Sequence record: OZ346205.1
Strand: one strand, 5' to 3'
DNA: 64,000 bases
From: a phage
Shown: positions 18,880 through 26,957 of the stretch, piece after piece
How positions within the stretch are numbered: the first letter of the stretch is position 1
How the letters are laid out: every line of letters starts with the position of its first letter
Program-made: the position numbers and the translations under genes
The notes under the pieces: generated by a model
Told to the model about the DNA's origin: nothing
Databases searched by the model: none
Seen by the model: the letters and a program-made list of their open reading frames with translations, nothing else

Positions 18880-19233
18880 ATGATCAGCGGGGCAAGTTTT
18901 ATTATTGGCGCTATTGCTACGGCTTTAATTGTAAACAAGATCCAATCTAAAAACGAAAAAGATAGCAACGCCCTTACAGAATACCCGTTTTGGGTATTCA
19001 ACGACAATGAAGACTATATTATCAAGTACAAGAATGAGAAGGGCGACCAGGTAACACCGCGACCGATCCCGGCTTACAAGATGCAAGAAACACTATACCG
19101 CCTAAAGGCTGGAGGCGCAAAAATCGTAGACTTTTGGGGATACGATCACACAGATCAGGAAGTTATAAAGCGCCGTATCCGGGCTATTCAGGCCAATATT
19201 GAAGTTAGCAAGGGGGGAATATATGAAGATTAA
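18880..19233 (+). CDS. membrane-anchored protein
   Basis: ORF 18817..19233; ATG 18880 after AAAGGAGAAAG; N-terminal TM helix. Confidence 0.5.
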   Translation: MISGASFIIGAIATALIVNKIQSKNEKDSNALTEYPFWVFNDNEDYIIKYKNEKGDQVTPRPIPAYKMQETLYRLKAGGAKIVDFWGYDHTDQEVIKRRIRAIQANIEVSKGGIYED

Positions 19234-19420
19234 TTTTGAGAAGATTGTAAAGCGATCTCATGCTTCCGAAGAGCTGCCGGAACGCCGCCAGCGCAACAAT
19301 AAACTGAATAAGCCAAAAAGATTTGGGAAGATCTGGCGGAATCATTATGATCGCAAATTACCGGGCCTGCTTTTGGAACGTGAACGACAGGCGGAACGAT
19401 ACCGCCACAAAGGCAAATAA
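19223..19420 (+). CDS. hypothetical basic protein
   Basis: ORF 19199..19420; ATG 19223 after AAGGGGGG. Confidence 0.45.
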   Translation: MKINFEKIVKRSHASEELPERRQRNNKLNKPKRFGKIWRNHYDRKLPGLLLERERQAERYRHKGK

Positions 19421-19428
19421 CAACCAAC

Positions 19429-19456
19429 GCCCCGCCATTGTGCGGGGCTTTTTATT
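19429..19456 (+). terminator. rho-independent terminator
   Basis: GCCCCGC-CATTGT-GCGGGGC followed by TTTTTATTT. Confidence 0.65.
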
Positions 19457-19601
19457 TCTATCCTACGAATAGCGCCCCTGGTTGGCCCTGTAAGCGCCAA
19501 AAAGGCCCCACCTATGCAATCGCCCACCTTTAACCTGAAAACATCGCTTAGGGCCGTTTTATGGCGTTAAAAATATCATTGACAGTGATTTTATTTAAAG
19601 C

Positions 19602-19629
19602 TTGACATCTTAAACAGGTTAGCTATACT
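19602..19629 (+). promoter_or_regulatory. sigma70-like promoter
   Basis: TTGACA - 16 nt - TATACT. Confidence 0.5.
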
Positions 19630-19663
19630 AACCACATCAAAGAGAGAGAAAGGAGTAAACGCC

Positions 19664-19924
19664 ATGCGTAAATTAAAAAATTTTGATAAAGTTGATGTTG
19701 TCCTGAATAATTTTTACTACTGCAACAACAAGGCCATTTGGTGGCGTGATAGTTCCACCGATAAAGTCAAGGCGCGCTTTCTCCAGGGGCACTGGCAAGG
19801 CCGCCCAGTGATTAAAATCATGGGGCAATTGGTAGCGTTTAAAAATTGCCGCCGTGTTGATGACGTTGAAGAGATCTTGAATATTTTACGCCACAATAAT
19901 TTAAAAAATAGTGTTGACAAGTAA
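19664..19924 (+). CDS. hypothetical protein
   Basis: AAAGGAG RBS. Confidence 0.55.
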   Translation: MRKLKNFDKVDVVLNNFYYCNNKAIWWRDSSTDKVKARFLQGHWQGRPVIKIMGQLVAFKNCRRVDDVEEILNILRHNNLKNSVDK

Positions 19925-19941
19925 ATCTCAATAAGTATACT
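19914..19941 (+). promoter_or_regulatory. sigma70-like promoter
   Basis: TTGACA - 16 nt - TATACT, overlapping 3' end of upstream gene. Confidence 0.5.
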
Positions 19942-19951
19942 TAAGCACACA

Positions 19952-19970
19952 GGCGGGAAGTTTTCCCGCC
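19952..19970 (+). promoter_or_regulatory. 5' leader hairpin
   Basis: GGCGGGAA-GTT-TTCCCGCC (same arms as 17406) then ACTAACAAAGAAAATAGGAG. Confidence 0.45.
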
Positions 19971-19998
19971 ACTAACAAAGAAAATAGGAGAAAATATC

Positions 19999-20622
19999 AT
20001 GACCACCGTTAACATTACCACAGGTTGCAATTTATCTTTCGACGTGCTGACCGACGAACAAAAAGAAAAAGCTGTTGAAATGGTCCGCGAAAGAGAAGAA
20101 CACAGCGGGGATAACTTTTTTGCAGAAAGTGTAATTGAATACTATAAAGAATATGTTTTTCCAGAGTACGGGCTTGAAGATACCAAGGTACAGTGGTCCG
20201 GCTTTTGGTGTCAAGGCGACGGCGCATCAATTAGCGCTGAAAATGTAAACTTAGAAAAATTCTTGCGTAAGGTTAAAGCGCTTACAAAATTTCGCTCAAT
20301 TAGACACTTGTTCGGCACAATGCACGATGGCGAACTATCAGCCAGCGTTGAACGTATCCCGTTTAGCCATTATCATCACGAAAACACAATAGGCGGGTGC
20401 ATCGATACCAACTGGCTAGACCTGACCACCAAGCAAGAGGATAAAATTGAAGAGCTGGAAGAGCTGATCACCGAGACGGTACGGGAGCTATCCCGCAAGG
20501 TTTACGTAGACCTGGAGCAGGCCTATCTTGAACAATTCACTACCGAAAACCTGATCGGCCTTATCGAGGCCAATGATTGGCGGTTTGATGTGGATGAGTA
20601 TGGCGAGATGACTTTTTCATAA
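19999..20622 (+). CDS. hypothetical acidic protein
   Basis: TAGGAGA RBS; 207 aa. Confidence 0.55.
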   Translation: MTTVNITTGCNLSFDVLTDEQKEKAVEMVREREEHSGDNFFAESVIEYYKEYVFPEYGLEDTKVQWSGFWCQGDGASISAENVNLEKFLRKVKALTKFRSIRHLFGTMHDGELSASVERIPFSHYHHENTIGGCIDTNWLDLTTKQEDKIEELEELITETVRELSRKVYVDLEQAYLEQFTTENLIGLIEANDWRFDVDEYGEMTFS

Positions 20623-20630
20623 ATAAAGTG

Positions 20631-20658
20631 TTGCAATAACCTAAAAACCTGCTATATT
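20631..20658 (+). promoter_or_regulatory. sigma70-like promoter
   Basis: TTGCAA - 16 nt - TATATT; leader hairpin GGGGCAA...TTGCCCC at 20668. Confidence 0.45.
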
Positions 20659-20711
20659 AAAACTCAAGGGGCAAGACGTTTGCCCCCACACAAAACAAAG
20701 AGGAAAACATC

Positions 20712-21092
20712 ATGAAAAACACTACTAAAGCTATTGACACCGTTATGTTTAACCTGGTTACCTTTCGCGAGGATATGAAAGATCTTCCACGTGAAACAGT
20801 GTGCGATCACATTGAAAACTATCGCAAACTAATCAAAGAGTTGCCTTTAAAACGTGACCAGTATGCGGCTAACGCCATGCTTAATGCCATGATCAAAAAG
20901 ATGATTCAGTGTGATTTAACTCTGGCCTATGACTATGCGGGTGGTCGTTTTGCAGTATACAATCAGCCCGTGCCCGGTATGGGCACCACCGAAGAATTGC
21001 ACGCGCTCAATCTAAAACAAGACGTATGGGATAACATGCCCCGCGTGGTGGTGTGGGCAGAAAGCGGAAAGATTTACGGCGATAATTTTTAA
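20712..21092 (+). CDS. hypothetical protein
   Basis: AAAGAGGA RBS. Confidence 0.55.
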   Translation: MKNTTKAIDTVMFNLVTFREDMKDLPRETVCDHIENYRKLIKELPLKRDQYAANAMLNAMIKKMIQCDLTLAYDYAGGRFAVYNQPVPGMGTTEELHALNLKQDVWDNMPRVVVWAESGKIYGDNF

Positions 21093-21156
21093 TCAGGTAA
21101 CAGGCGGCATATTTGCCGCCTTATTGTTAAACAGAGTTGCAAAAGAGGTACATAGA

Positions 21157-21528
21157 ATGGAATTTATTATTTTGGCTGTAGTAGTTGCCTTGTTCAACGC
21201 CTGGATCGCTGGCAAGATGGGTAGATCCGCCTTTTTATGGTTTATTATATCTATTTTCCTGGGGGTGGTTGCAACTATTGTACTTGTTATCCTTGCAATT
21301 GTTGACAAGGGGAATAATAGAAAGGGTAAAGTATTTTCAGACCTGTACGACGCTCAAACGTTTGTCAACGCCTATTATAGTGATCTTCCAGTCTCCCTAC
21401 GCTGCAGCCTGGCACAACAAGTTTTCGATGAGGCTAAAACCAGAGATCAAGCCCATGAGATATGTTTAACTGAGGCGGATCGCCTATTTGAGAGGAATAG
21501 AAAATATGTGGGCCAACCGTTTAAATAA
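21157..21528 (+). CDS. membrane protein (2 predicted TM helices)
   Basis: ORF 21124..21528; ATG 21157 after AAAGAGG. Confidence 0.5.
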   Translation: MEFIILAVVVALFNAWIAGKMGRSAFLWFIISIFLGVVATIVLVILAIVDKGNNRKGKVFSDLYDAQTFVNAYYSDLPVSLRCSLAQQVFDEAKTRDQAHEICLTEADRLFERNRKYVGQPFK

Positions 21529-21751
21529 TGCCACGTTAATTAATCCCTTTAGTGAAGATTTGAAGCCAGCCGCCTGGCGTGATGGATTCAATAACGAACG
21601 CTTTATTTTCAAGCCTGATCTTGAGGAATTTTATAACAATGGATCGAACAACAGCGGAGATAATTTTTCTTGGGATGTGCGTGGTGATGGTACTCCTGGG
21701 GGCCATTGTAAACCACGTCACTACTACCAGGAGGAAAGAGGGAGACGATGA
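21506..21751 (+). CDS. hypothetical protein
   Basis: ORF 21488..21751; ATG 21506 after GAGAGGAA. Confidence 0.45.
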   Translation: MWANRLNNATLINPFSEDLKPAAWRDGFNNERFIFKPDLEEFYNNGSNNSGDNFSWDVRGDGTPGGHCKPRHYYQEERGRR

Positions 21752-21867
21752 CAACCAAGGATAAGCCCCGTACCGATAAGGCGCGCCGGGTTATGGTATG
21801 GCTTGAGATCATCGCCCTTGAAATATTGCTAGGCGTAGGGATGTACTTTATCGCTGTAAGTAACTAA
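21748..21867 (+). CDS. small membrane protein (39 aa)
   Basis: AGGAGGAAAGAGGGAG RBS; ATGA overlap with upstream stop; hydrophobic C-terminal half. Confidence 0.45.
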   Translation: MTTKDKPRTDKARRVMVWLEIIALEILLGVGMYFIAVSN

Positions 21868-21871
21868 GAGC

Positions 21872-21902
21872 GGCCCCCGATCATGGGGGCCTATCTTTTA
21901 AA
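21872..21902 (+). terminator. rho-independent terminator
   Basis: GGCCCCC-GATCAT-GGGGGCC then TATCTTTTAAAAAATTTTT. Confidence 0.6.
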
Positions 21903-22005
21903 AAATTTTTCTTCCGGGGTGTTGCAATCCGGTCCGGAATGTGGATAATAACAATCAACGGGGAGCTAATCCCCACCACCACAAAAACCAGAAAGGAGAA
22001 ACAAA

Positions 22006-22206
22006 ATGAGCAACAATATCCGCGTTATTAACTTCAAAAAAGAAGAAAAAATTGCCGTGCTGATTGACGGTCAAGAAATCTTCAAGGGCGACTATGAAGA
22101 TCATCAAACGGCGATTAGTATCACTCGCGTGATTGGTTATCATAATTTCTACCCCCAAGGCGCTGAGGCAGCAGTTAAACGAATCAAAGAGATTGTAGGC
22201 CTGTAA
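22006..22206 (+). CDS. hypothetical protein
   Basis: AAAGGAGA RBS; leader hairpin GGGGA-GCTAA-TCCCC at 21960. Confidence 0.55.
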   Translation: MSNNIRVINFKKEEKIAVLIDGQEIFKGDYEDHQTAISITRVIGYHNFYPQGAEAAVKRIKEIVGL

Positions 22207-22218
22207 AATTTATTTTTA

Positions 22219-22242
22219 GATGGCCTTGACTTCAGGGCCATC
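22219..22242. repeat. palindromic element GATGGCC-N10-GGCCATC (copy 3)
   Basis: After stop of 22006..22206; loop TTGACTTCAG. Confidence 0.6.
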
Positions 22243-22299
22243 GATAAAGTAAATTTAAACCCTGTTAAAATACCACGCAGTTAACAAGGAGTGATAGAC

Positions 22300-22599
22300 A
22301 TGTTTATCCAGGCTAATAATCTTTATTTCTTTGATGGTCAGATCGTAGATGGTGTGGAAGTGGAGATCACCGGGTGCCCTGGCGGTCAGGCTATGACTTT
22401 TCGGAATAATGCCTTTGATGATTCTCATATCGTTATGAGAATGGAAGTTACGAAGCTGGACGACAAGAAAACACTTATTGACTATTCTGTGAAAGATCAT
22501 CCAGACTACCGCATGATCCATGGTGATTTGTGCATTGTTGACCGTGACAAGGTGGGCGGCATTGTGATCGCTATTGTGAACGATGTTTTCTCAAACTAA
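22300..22599 (+). CDS. hypothetical protein
   Basis: ATG 22300 after AAGGAG. Confidence 0.5.
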   Translation: MFIQANNLYFFDGQIVDGVEVEITGCPGGQAMTFRNNAFDDSHIVMRMEVTKLDDKKTLIDYSVKDHPDYRMIHGDLCIVDRDKVGGIVIAIVNDVFSN

Positions 22600-22616
22600 T
22601 TTCAGCAGGCGATTTT

Positions 22617-22967
22617 ATGAAAGTCAAACTATATTACCTTAATGAGCTTAACCCCCTTGCCCAGGTCCGCGCCCTAGCTAATACCTTGATTTGTGAGAAA
22701 TCTGTATATTGTGTTGAGCTTAACGCCATGCGTGAACGTCTCAAAGGTGGTTACTTTGACATCCATGCTGCAATCAACGGCCTGAATATGGAATTTATAC
22801 GCTTACGTAACAGCCGCCGGAATCTGGCAAGAATGGAACAAGATCCGGCCCACCTTCGTAAGCTGGTTATTGAAAATCATCTGATGTTTAATGCCGAGGG
22901 TGATTATTACCATTTTCACCGCAAACGCTGGTACCGTGGCGGCAATACAGGCAAGAATGCAAAATAA
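22617..22967 (+). CDS. hypothetical protein
   Basis: ORF track; coupled to upstream gene. Confidence 0.5.
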   Translation: MKVKLYYLNELNPLAQVRALANTLICEKSVYCVELNAMRERLKGGYFDIHAAINGLNMEFIRLRNSRRNLARMEQDPAHLRKLVIENHLMFNAEGDYYHFHRKRWYRGGNTGKNAK

Positions 22968-23005
22968 GGCCCCTAGCAGGGCCTGCAGCAATATAATCAC
23001 ATAAA

Positions 23006-23036
23006 GGCCATGCGGTTGCATGGCCTTTATTATTTT
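23006..23036 (+). terminator. rho-independent terminator
   Basis: GGCCATGC-GGTT-GCATGGCC followed by TTTATTATTTT. Confidence 0.65.
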
Positions 23037-23169
23037 GGCGTTACAACGGCATACGGGGCGCTTAAAAAATTTTTAAAGAAGTACTTGCATCATTCCCGAC
23101 AATATGGATAATAAGAGTTGTCGAGGGGGAGGCCCCCAATCGTTGACCAGATAGATAGGAGTTAAAATC

Positions 23170-23454
23170 ATGGCTATTGTTACCGCTGGCGATGTAGTAG
23201 AAATGGAAGCAAAATACTTAAAAGCGGGTATGCACATCCTACGGAATGATCAAGAGCTATTATTAACGATGGTTGACTATAATCACGGCCAGGATTATCC
23301 AAGCATCGACTACTTTTTTGAGTATGTTGATGAAGAGTTGAAAGAGGATGAGGCCTATTGCGGTGAGTTCTGCAACTTCTTTTGTCCTGATGAGGTTGTA
23401 AAGGTTATTTATCAACCTGGCGTAGCTTTCCCGCTGCACGCTATCAATAAATAA
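23170..23454 (+). CDS. hypothetical protein
   Basis: TAGGAG RBS; upstream TTGCAT/TAATAA promoter-like pair. Confidence 0.5.
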   Translation: MAIVTAGDVVEMEAKYLKAGMHILRNDQELLLTMVDYNHGQDYPSIDYFFEYVDEELKEDEAYCGEFCNFFCPDEVVKVIYQPGVAFPLHAINK

Positions 23455-23509
23455 ACCTGGCGGGGCCGAAAAGGCCCCCAATTATGAAAATAAAGAGAGG
23501 CAAATCATC

Positions 23510-23743
23510 ATGATGGAACAAATTAAACGCGCCGAGGCTATTAATGGCAACGTGATCTATTTTGTCAGCAAAAACGAAAAAGGCGTACCATATGCGGCAG
23601 TAATAGTACAACCTGACGGCGATTATTGGTTTACTGTGTACGGCGCTTATTCTTTTGGGCGTCCAGTGCATGATAAAATTTTGAAAGTAGCGAACCCTAC
23701 CGGGAAGAATATCACAGCAGAAAAATTTTTTGAAAATAGTTGA
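23510..23743 (+). CDS. hypothetical protein
   Basis: AAGAGAGG RBS. Confidence 0.5.
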   Translation: MMEQIKRAEAINGNVIYFVSKNEKGVPYAAVIVQPDGDYWFTVYGAYSFGRPVHDKILKVANPTGKNITAEKFFENS

Positions 23744-23767
23744 CATGACCATATAAGACTGTAATAT
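23740..23767 (+). promoter_or_regulatory. sigma70-like promoter
   Basis: TTGACA - 16 nt - TAATAT; leader hairpin at 23778-23793. Confidence 0.5.
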
Positions 23768-23818
23768 ATAAATCAAAGGGGGCAACGAACCCCACCAACT
23801 ACAAAGAGGATAAAAATC

Positions 23819-23998
23819 ATGGCTATTATTGCAAAGACTGAGATCATAGGCTTAGATTCTATTCTCCTCGCATATGAGGAAGCTATAGAAATGTATGTGG
23901 TTTCCTATGGTGAGTATATCCGTGAATATAAATCTATTGATCTGGCTTTTGAATGTTATATCCGCCAGGTTAATAAAGCGTACGATGATTATCGTTAA
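23819..23998 (+). CDS. small protein (59 aa)
   Basis: Below track cut-off; AAAGAGGA RBS; own promoter and leader hairpin. Confidence 0.5.
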   Translation: MAIIAKTEIIGLDSILLAYEEAIEMYVVSYGEYIREYKSIDLAFECYIRQVNKAYDDYR

Positions 23999-24004
23999 AA
24001 TAGT

Positions 24005-24033
24005 TTGACAACAGCCATCTTACAAAGCATAAT
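24005..24033 (+). promoter_or_regulatory. sigma70-like promoter
   Basis: TTGACA - 17 nt - CATAAT; leader hairpin GGCGG...CCGCC at 24040-24058. Confidence 0.45.
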
Positions 24034-24085
24034 ACATAAGGCGGTGGAATGGTCCGCCACCTGGAACAAAGAAGAGGTAAACACC

Positions 24086-24331
24086 ATGAAAAGCAATAAA
24101 GGTTATAACGGTTACAAAAACAAAACTCATTGGAATGTAAGCCTTTGGATTAATAACGATGAGTCATTGTACCGGTTGGCCCAAGGCTTTATTAACGCCA
24201 ATGCTAATCGTAATGATGCGGCGCGGGATATGATGCTTTTTCTGGAGCTAACCGGACAAGATAAGACCCTGGACGGCTTCAAGTACAGCACTACGGCGAT
24301 CCGTGCCGCGATGGTTGGAATGAAACACTAA
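24086..24331 (+). CDS. hypothetical protein
   Basis: ORF 24005..24331; ATG 24086 after AAGAAGAGG. Confidence 0.5.
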   Translation: MKSNKGYNGYKNKTHWNVSLWINNDESLYRLAQGFINANANRNDAARDMMLFLELTGQDKTLDGFKYSTTAIRAAMVGMKH

Positions 24332-24386
24332 AAGCACATAGCTGCCTTACCCTGGGGCTGTGGTAGCGGCCCCATGAATAAGGTTA

Positions 24387-24869
24387 CTAACAGAAGAGAA
24401 TAAACACCATGAAACAGAAATTAATCGATGCAGTGATCTTGGTTATTGCCCTGGGTATTGGCCTGATTGCAACCATGTCTAATATGATCTTGTCTTCCAA
24501 CGGTATCGGGTGAGGTTGGCAAATGATCACTAACAAAACAGGCAAAACGGAATTTTTACGCAACTTACAGATCGGCAAGCCTGAGATCTGGTACTGCACT
24601 AAAACACCGCGTGACGAAATGGCTTCAAAAGGGGTCATGAACGAATAAACGGCATCATCATCTGCTTCAGGGAATGCTCCCAAAGACTTCATGTCTGAGC
24701 CCTTGACAAATACAAGGTTTTGATCAAAAGCTTCTTGGGGATCAATCCGATACATATTTCGTAGAATATCGCTTACCTCCTCATCAAGAGGTGAGTATGC
24801 TGTGCACGTTTTTCCGATCAAGCTTTGAGAATCAGGGTATCCACCTGAAGTTTTAAAATAAACAATCAT
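24387..24869 (-). CDS. hypothetical protein (extent uncertain)
   Basis: 160-aa ORF with GAGGTGA RBS; N-terminal 70 aa look protein-like, C-terminal part overlaps candidate + strand small ORFs. Confidence 0.35.
   Translation of the reverse strand: MIVYFKTSGGYPDSQSLIGKTCTAYSPLDEEVSDILRNMYRIDPQEAFDQNLVFVKGSDMKSLGAFPEADDDAVYSFMTPFEAISSRGVLVQYQISGLPICKLRKNSVLPVLLVIICQPHPIPLEDKIILDMVAIRPIPRAITKITASINFCFMVFILFC
24409..24513 (+). CDS. small hydrophobic peptide (34 aa), candidate
   Basis: Leader-type hairpin at 24354-24373 and AACACC-ATG context; conflicts with antisense ORF 24387..24869. Confidence 0.3.
   Translation: MKQKLIDAVILVIALGIGLIATMSNMILSSNGIG
24523..24648 (+). CDS. small protein (41 aa), candidate
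   Basis: GGGTGAGG 7 nt before ATG; conflicts with antisense ORF 24387..24869. Confidence 0.25.
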   Translation: MITNKTGKTEFLRNLQIGKPEIWYCTKTPRDEMASKGVMNE

Positions 24870-24904
24870 ATAGTATCACCTCTGGTAAGAGATGGGATTC
24901 CTTT

Positions 24905-24940
24905 CCCACAAATAATTACAAACCTTCCTTATCGAGGAAG
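24905..24940 (-). terminator. rho-independent terminator ending the minus-strand block
   Basis: On - strand: CTTCCT-CGATA-AGGAAGG followed by TTTGTAATTATTTG. Confidence 0.5.
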
Positions 24941-24959
24941 TATGCTAATCCAAGCAGGA

Positions 24960-25229
24960 TTATTCCTCTACAATCTCATACACATCAGGAGTTACAATCA
25001 ACTCTTCTCCGTTACCCGGTGCAATAAACACCACCAAACCTTCAGGTGTGTGCTTTTTAGCCATCTCGATAACATCTTCCCGCAGGGCTGGCTCCATCAG
25101 ATCAAAACCTTCACCCAGGGCATCACGAACCACCTTCATATAGTCCACTGGTTGTGCTTCAACAATCATGCCTTCAACCAGACCACAATTTTTGTCTGCC
25201 AGCTCAGTTTTGAATAATTTAATTTTCAT
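24960..25229 (-). CDS. hypothetical protein (MKxK..L paralogue family, divergent member)
   Basis: GAGGAGA RBS; N-term MKIKLFK, C-term IVEE as in paralogues at 26486, 26730, 30387. Confidence 0.5.
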   Translation of the reverse strand: MKIKLFKTELADKNCGLVEGMIVEAQPVDYMKVVRDALGEGFDLMEPALREDVIEMAKKHTPEGLVVFIAPGNGEELIVTPDVYEIVEE

Positions 25230-25255
25230 TTAGAGGTCTCCTCAATTATTTGATA

Positions 25256-25357
25256 TTAATAGCCGTAACCTAACACATTAACTACAACTGCGATTGCAAA
25301 CATAATTTCAAAGCATGCAATCTCTACATTTGGGACTAATTTCTTGATCACACCCAT
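25256..25357 (-). CDS. small hydrophobic peptide (33 aa), candidate
   Basis: GAGGTG RBS; fills gap between HPF and next gene. Confidence 0.3.
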   Translation of the reverse strand: MGVIKKLVPNVEIACFEIMFAIAVVVNVLGYGY

Positions 25358-25366
25358 TGTAGCACC

Positions 25367-25684
25367 TCATTCTCTAAAGTCAATCTTTACTTTGCCTTTC
25401 CCCTTACCTTTCTTTCCACCGCATTTAGCCAGTTGACGTGCTGCAACATCTACCATACGGTCAGTTGCCTCGTAAGCATCACTGCCTTTAGCTTTGGCAA
25501 TAACTTCTTTTCCAGAATTGTCAAAAATGAACGCCATAACTTCCTGGTGATCATTTTCAACTTTTACACTCACACGTGCATAGTTGGCAGAGGGATGCAA
25601 ACGCTCCAGCTTAGACATTTTGTGGGAAATGAAAGACACCATACCTTCAGGGATTTCTACGTTGCCAGTGATTTCAATTTGCAT
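25367..25684 (-). CDS. hpf: ribosome hibernation promoting factor / RaiA (YfiA) family protein
   Basis: MQIEITGNVEIPEG...KLERL...VSVKVEND...AKAKGSDAYEATD...ARQLAK aligns along its length with bacterial HPF/YfiA. Confidence 0.75.
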   Translation of the reverse strand: MQIEITGNVEIPEGMVSFISHKMSKLERLHPSANYARVSVKVENDHQEVMAFIFDNSGKEVIAKAKGSDAYEATDRMVDVAARQLAKCGGKKGKGKGKVKIDFRE

Positions 25685-25703
25685 AACGTGTTCCTTTTAA
25701 AGA

Positions 25704-25722
25704 AGAGGGAACCAAACCCTCT
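25704..25722 (-). promoter_or_regulatory. leader hairpin / bidirectional terminator-like stem
   Basis: AGAGGG-AACCAAA-CCCTCT between promoter and HPF RBS. Confidence 0.4.
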
Positions 25723-25731
25723 TTGAAAACA

Positions 25732-25760
25732 ATGATACTAAATCTGAAGCGTTGTGTCAA
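25732..25760 (-). promoter_or_regulatory. sigma70-like promoter for hpf
   Basis: - strand TTGACA - 17 nt - TATCAT. Confidence 0.55.
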
Positions 25761-25766
25761 CAGTTT

Positions 25767-26057
25767 TTACAGATTGTTGTCGATAGTTTTTAAAATATCC
25801 ACAGCAAGATCTGCCATTTTTCGAACATACTCTGCAAACTCAACAGGATCCTTGATCAAAGAATTCACAGGGTCGTACCCTAGAGCGTTCAAAATGGCTG
25901 CAGCATCTACAACCTTCTCATCATTTGCGAAGATCTCTCCATCAAACTTGTAGGTCCATTTTGAGTCAATCTTGGCAGGGAATGATTGGTCAACGCTTGT
26001 TACACCATCCTTTTTAAACGCTCCGGTGTTATCAGTGTCTAGAACTAAATCCATCAT
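25767..26057 (-). CDS. hypothetical protein
   Basis: ORF track; RBS GGTGAGG. Confidence 0.5.
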   Translation of the reverse strand: MMDLVLDTDNTGAFKKDGVTSVDQSFPAKIDSKWTYKFDGEIFANDEKVVDAAAILNALGYDPVNSLIKDPVEFAEYVRKMADLAVDILKTIDNNL

Positions 26058-26074
26058 GTTAGTACCTCACCGTT

Positions 26075-26473
26075 TCAGTTTAGCTTTTCTTCAACAACCC
26101 CATAGCTCGGGACAGAGTCAAGAGCTTTCTGGTTTAAAAGTGGTGTAGCAGAATCTGCAAACGGTGTCCAAGTTTTTGTTCTGGCGTTCCAGTAATGCTT
26201 CACTCTGGAATCTGGATGCACTATAACAAAAACTTTTTCACTTGTCAACACATTAATTTCTTCCACACCCCTGCTGATAATTTCTCCGTCATATCCCCCG
26301 GTCTGGTATCCTTCGTACCAGGTTCTTGCATAGGCATAGCCAGCCTGCCAGCATGCAGCCTCCTCCGAGGTGGAGACTACGTAGAAGTCTTTCTCAAATT
26401 CTGGGATACGCCCTTGCTTTACGCTCCAAGCTCCGCGAATTTTCATTGTAACTTTGAATAGTTTATTTTTCAC
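26075..26473 (-). CDS. hypothetical protein
   Basis: ORF track, 132 aa. Confidence 0.5.
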   Translation of the reverse strand: MKNKLFKVTMKIRGAWSVKQGRIPEFEKDFYVVSTSEEAACWQAGYAYARTWYEGYQTGGYDGEIISRGVEEINVLTSEKVFVIVHPDSRVKHYWNARTKTWTPFADSATPLLNQKALDSVPSYGVVEEKLN

Positions 26474-26485
26474 AACGGTTACCCA

Positions 26486-26740
26486 TCACAGTTCTACAAT
26501 ATCTGCATCTGACCCTGCCCCAAAGGCATAATAGGACTCTTCCCCGAAATAATATTCCGGTGCACCAGCAGCGATCAGGTCTGATCCCAAAATGAATACC
26601 ACGTTGTGGCCTACATAGCTGTGATTTTGCCGCACAGGATCATCCCACGGCAACCCTTCGAAGTATACCGCAGGGACGACCTTTCCTTTCAGGAAGGATT
26701 GCCCCAAGTAGACGTTAGAATCAAGAATTTTAACCTTCAT
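26486..26740 (-). CDS. hypothetical protein (MKVK..L paralogue)
   Basis: MKVKILDS...DLIAAGA...IVEL. Confidence 0.5.
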   Translation of the reverse strand: MKVKILDSNVYLGQSFLKGKVVPAVYFEGLPWDDPVRQNHSYVGHNVVFILGSDLIAAGAPEYYFGEESYYAFGAGSDADIVEL

Positions 26741-26957
26741 GATCGTCCTCCACTATCTCTACATCCTCACCTAGGGCAAAGTTGTAGGTCCACTGACTGT
26801 CAAAGCATTCCTGAGATGCACCAGCGGCAATAAGATCTGCCCCTTTTATTTTTAAAAGGTCAGGGTAATCTTCGTTAGGGACAGCAGTAAACACTTTCCC
26901 TACTAAAGGCTCCTGACCAATATAGAAGCTTGAATCTAAAACTTTAACTTTCATCAA
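26730..26957 (-). CDS. hypothetical protein (MKVK..L paralogue)
   Basis: MMKVKVLDS...DLIAAGA...IVEDD. Confidence 0.5.
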   Translation of the reverse strand: MMKVKVLDSSFYIGQEPLVGKVFTAVPNEDYPDLLKIKGADLIAAGASQECFDSQWTYNFALGEDVEIVEDDHEG

